The position numbers and the translations under genes are program-made. Of a stretch of DNA of 64,000 nt, positions 60,817 to 64,000 are shown in pieces. Every line of letters begins with the position of its first letter. The stretch's first letter is position 1. The notes below the pieces were generated by a model that was not told the DNA's origin, searched no databases, and saw nothing but the letters and a program-made list of their open reading frames with translations. Source of the stretch: Escherichia coli (GTDB taxonomy: Bacteria > Pseudomonadota > Gammaproteobacteria > Enterobacterales > Enterobacteriaceae); assembly GCF_003991155.1 (NCBI RefSeq), contig NZ_CP031293.1, one strand, 5' to 3'.

Positions 60817-62211
60817 TCAATATGCCGCTTTGTTAACGAAGCCCTTGAATACCGTCAGGAAAACGATTTTGATATCGAACCAGACGCTCCATTCGCGGAT
60901 GTACTCAAGGTCGAACTCGACGCGTTTTTCCATTTTCTCCAGCGTGTCGGTTTCGCCGCGCCAGCCGTTAATCTGCGCCCAACCGGTAATGCCCGGTTTC
61001 ACTTTATGGCGCAGCATGTAGCCTTCAATGAGCTGGCGATACTGTTCGTTATGCGCCACCGCGTGCGGACGTGGACCGACAATCGACATCCCCCCGGTCA
61101 GCACATTGATAAACTGCGGCAATTCATCCAGCGAGGTGCGGCGCAGAAAGTTCCCCACTTTGGTGACGCGCGGATCGTTCTGCGTCGCCTGGGTCACCAC
61201 TTTGTCGTTCTCCATCACTTTCATGGAACGGAACTTCCACACTTTGATCGGCTTGCCATCCATGCCGTAGCGAGTCTGGCGAAAAATAACCGGCCCTGGT
61301 GAACTGAGTTTTACCGCCAGCGCAATACAGCACAGCACCGGGGAGATCAGCAGCAGAATAAGCGTTGCCAGCACAATATCTTCCGCACGTTTGAGCAGGC
61401 GGTTTACCCCGGAAAGTGGCGTGTCATACAGCGGCACCACCGGAACGCCGTTCATCTCTTCGAGACGTGAATGGAGAATGTTGAAGGTAAAGACATCGGG
61501 GATCAGCAGCACCGAACAGGTGGTGTCCGCCAGTTGATGGACCAGTTTTTTTACTCGTGCGCCGTCGCACATCTGCATCGCGATATAGACGTTATGAATC
61601 TTGCCCGCTTTCGCATCCTCGACCAGCTGTTGCAGATTGCCCGCCCAGTCGTTAGAAACGCCGCCCGGTTTTGGGTCGTGGTAAACGCCCACCACTTCAA
61701 ACCCTAACCACGGCTGATTACGGAAGCTCTCAAGCAGCATTTGTCCGGCGGCTAAATCCCCCGCCACCGCGACCATGCGCTTGTTATAGCCATGATTACG
61801 CAGCCAGCCCGCCCCAATGCGAATACATGAACGGCAAACCACCAGTCCGATACTGGTCAGCCCATACCACGCCAGCCAGATTTTCAGTTGCGTGTCGAAA
61901 TCATTGTTGAACGCCACCAGTCCAGCGCTGAAAATCACGCTTAAGGTCCAGTTTTGTAGCAACAGGGCAAATTCTGTCGCTGCCCGAACACCGCGCCATG
62001 AGCGATAAAAATCGGTGATGCCGCCCAGCATCTGGAACACCACCAGCGTAATCAGTGCCACCAACAGGTGCATGTAGAGGAATGACAGTCCGCTGACTTC
62101 GCAAACCAGCCATAGTCCGGCAAACATGATGGTGATATCTGAAAAGCGTTGCACCATAGAGATTAACGATGCATTGGTTTTCGCTCGCTCGCGCTTTTTT
62201 AGATTTGTCAT
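60817..62211 (-). CDS. wcaJ: Undecaprenyl-phosphate glucose phosphotransferase
   Basis: 464 aa, C-terminal sugar transferase domain. Confidence 0.85.
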   Translation of the reverse strand: MTNLKKRERAKTNASLISMVQRFSDITIMFAGLWLVCEVSGLSFLYMHLLVALITLVVFQMLGGITDFYRSWRGVRAATEFALLLQNWTLSVIFSAGLVAFNNDFDTQLKIWLAWYGLTSIGLVVCRSCIRIGAGWLRNHGYNKRMVAVAGDLAAGQMLLESFRNQPWLGFEVVGVYHDPKPGGVSNDWAGNLQQLVEDAKAGKIHNVYIAMQMCDGARVKKLVHQLADTTCSVLLIPDVFTFNILHSRLEEMNGVPVVPLYDTPLSGVNRLLKRAEDIVLATLILLLISPVLCCIALAVKLSSPGPVIFRQTRYGMDGKPIKVWKFRSMKVMENDKVVTQATQNDPRVTKVGNFLRRTSLDELPQFINVLTGGMSIVGPRPHAVAHNEQYRQLIEGYMLRHKVKPGITGWAQINGWRGETDTLEKMEKRVEFDLEYIREWSVWFDIKIVFLTVFKGFVNKAAY

Positions 62212-62265
62212 CGTTGTTCCTGTTATTAGCCCCTTACCCGCAGTGTGGTAAGGGAAGATCCGACA

Positions 62266-63636
62266 TTACTCGTTCAGCAACGTCAGCAGAGTTCGCGTTC
62301 GCGCTTCCATCAGCGGCACATCACCGCGCGATTCCACATTCAACCGCACCACCGGTTCGGTGTTGGAGGAGCGCAGGTTAAAGCGCCAGTCGGCAAAGGT
62401 CATGCTGATGCCATCGGTGCGATCCACCGCCAGCGCCTCACGGCTAAAATGCTGTTCCACGCGGTTAATCGCCTCAACGGGTTGCGCCAGTTTGCTGTTG
62501 ATCTCACCGCTTGCCGGAAACGCGGCCATCCGGTCGCGCACCAGTTCGCCCAGCGTTTTTCCTTTCAGGCACACCAGTTCGGCGACCAGCAGCCACGGGA
62601 TCATGCCGCTGTCGCAGTAAGCGAAATCACGGAAATAGTGGTGGGCGCTCATTTCGCCACCGTAGATGGCGTCTTCCTTGCGCATCCGTTCTTTAATAAA
62701 GGCGTGTCCGGTTTTCGACATTACCGGCGTACCGCCTGCGGCAGTCACCACATCAACGGTGTTCCAGGAGAGACGTGGATCGTGGATGATCTTCGCGCCG
62801 GGATTTTTTTCGAGGAACGCTTCTGCCAGCAAACCGACAATGTAGTAACCCTCGATAAACTGCCCTTTTTCGTCAAACAGGAAACAGCGGTCAAAATCGC
62901 CATCAAAGGCAATGCCCATATCCGCGCCGTGTTTGATGACCGCATTGCGGGTGTCGTCGCGACATTCTGGCAGCAGCGGGTTAGGAATACCGTTGGGGAA
63001 ATTGCCGTCCGGCGTGTTGTGCACTTTGATCAATTCCACAGGTGCGCCGAGGGCGTTAAAGCGGGCTTCGATGGCGTCCACCACCGGACCCGCCGCTCCG
63101 TTCCCGGAGTTAATCACCAGCTTGAGCGGCGTGAGGTTTTTGACGTTGATATAACCGAACAGGTGATCAACGTAAGCGTCACGCAGATTGATTTGCTGAT
63201 AGCGACCGCGTTTGGTTTCATCGACGGGAGGGAAGTCGTTGGCTTCTGCCAGACGCTGGACATCGCGCAGTCCGGTATCACCGCTGATCGGGCGGGCCCC
63301 CTCGCGCACCAGCTTCATGCCGTTATAATCCATCGGGTTATGGCTGGCAGTAACTTCAATGCCACCATCCACACCAAGATGGAACGTGGCGAAATAGATC
63401 TCTTCGGTGCCGGACATACCAATATCCAGCACGTCGACGCCCGCATCCTGTAAACCTTTCGCCAGCGCCAGTTTTAAGGTTTCGCTGGTGAGGCGGACAT
63501 CACCGCCTAACACAATGGTTTTCGGTTTGAGAAATTCGCCATAAGCGCGACCAATGCGCCAGGCAATATCCTCATTCAGTTCTTCGCCTAATTTCCCGCG
63601 AATATCATAGGCTTTAAAGCAGGTTAATTTTTTCAT
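62266..63636 (-). CDS. cpsG: Phosphomannomutase (colanic acid copy)
   Basis: 456 aa from [15 protein letters not shown]. Confidence 0.85.
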   Translation of the reverse strand: MKKLTCFKAYDIRGKLGEELNEDIAWRIGRAYGEFLKPKTIVLGGDVRLTSETLKLALAKGLQDAGVDVLDIGMSGTEEIYFATFHLGVDGGIEVTASHNPMDYNGMKLVREGARPISGDTGLRDVQRLAEANDFPPVDETKRGRYQQINLRDAYVDHLFGYINVKNLTPLKLVINSGNGAAGPVVDAIEARFNALGAPVELIKVHNTPDGNFPNGIPNPLLPECRDDTRNAVIKHGADMGIAFDGDFDRCFLFDEKGQFIEGYYIVGLLAEAFLEKNPGAKIIHDPRLSWNTVDVVTAAGGTPVMSKTGHAFIKERMRKEDAIYGGEMSAHHYFRDFAYCDSGMIPWLLVAELVCLKGKTLGELVRDRMAAFPASGEINSKLAQPVEAINRVEQHFSREALAVDRTDGISMTFADWRFNLRSSNTEPVVRLNVESRGDVPLMEARTRTLLTLLNE

Positions 63637-63699
63637 ATCGTTACCCTTTTTCAGGCAATAGTTGGCCCTGACCGAAACGGCCAATTTTGTTTTTGTCGT

Positions 63700-63828
<129 letters not shown>

Positions 63829-63835
<7 letters not shown>

Positions 63836-64000
63836 CGTCCGTAGCGATCCGCGAAGCGCACCACATCATCCTCTTCGAGATAAGAGCCGGAGCGCACTTC
63901 AATTAAATCGAGCGGAATTTTCCCCGGGTTTTCCAGGCAGTGCGTCGCCCCCAGCGGAATATAAATGGACTCGTTTTCACCAAGCAGCTTGATATCACCG
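63829..64000 (-). CDS. cpsB: Mannose-1-phosphate guanylyltransferase, C-terminal fragment (runs off window end)
   Basis: Minus-strand translation ends ...[16 protein letters not shown]. Confidence 0.8.

Overview
Escherichia coli chromosome, two parts. (1) 1-21223: the regulatory and late-gene end of a lambdoid prophage lying inverted (terminase, Rz/Rz1-R-S lysis cassette, PR'/Q, nin region, DnaB-like helicase and O-like initiator, cII, cro, cI immunity region with PR/PL and nutR/nutL, N, cIII, kil, an annealing-protein+SSB module, a string of small accessory genes, xis, int). The prophage continues beyond the window start and abuts the 5' end of sbcB. (2) 21224-64000: conserved chromosome: sbcB, yeeD-yeeE-plaP-yeeY-yeeZ, the complete his operon (hisL attenuator, hisGDCBHAFI), wzzB-ugd-gnd, a 12-gene O-antigen cluster (manB, manC, gmm, fcl, gmd, gne, four glycosyltransferases, wzy, wzx) preceded by a JUMPstart/ops element, galF, a second gne-like epimerase, and the colanic acid genes wcaM-wcaL-wcaK-wzxC-wcaJ-cpsG-cpsB(partial). 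All calls rest on reading the supplied translations and sequence by eye and on recalled family signatures; no database search was run. I did not find a clear-cut new multi-gene system; the most promising uncharacterised material is the prophage accessory genes between N and cIII and the AT-rich small-gene cluster upstream of xis.
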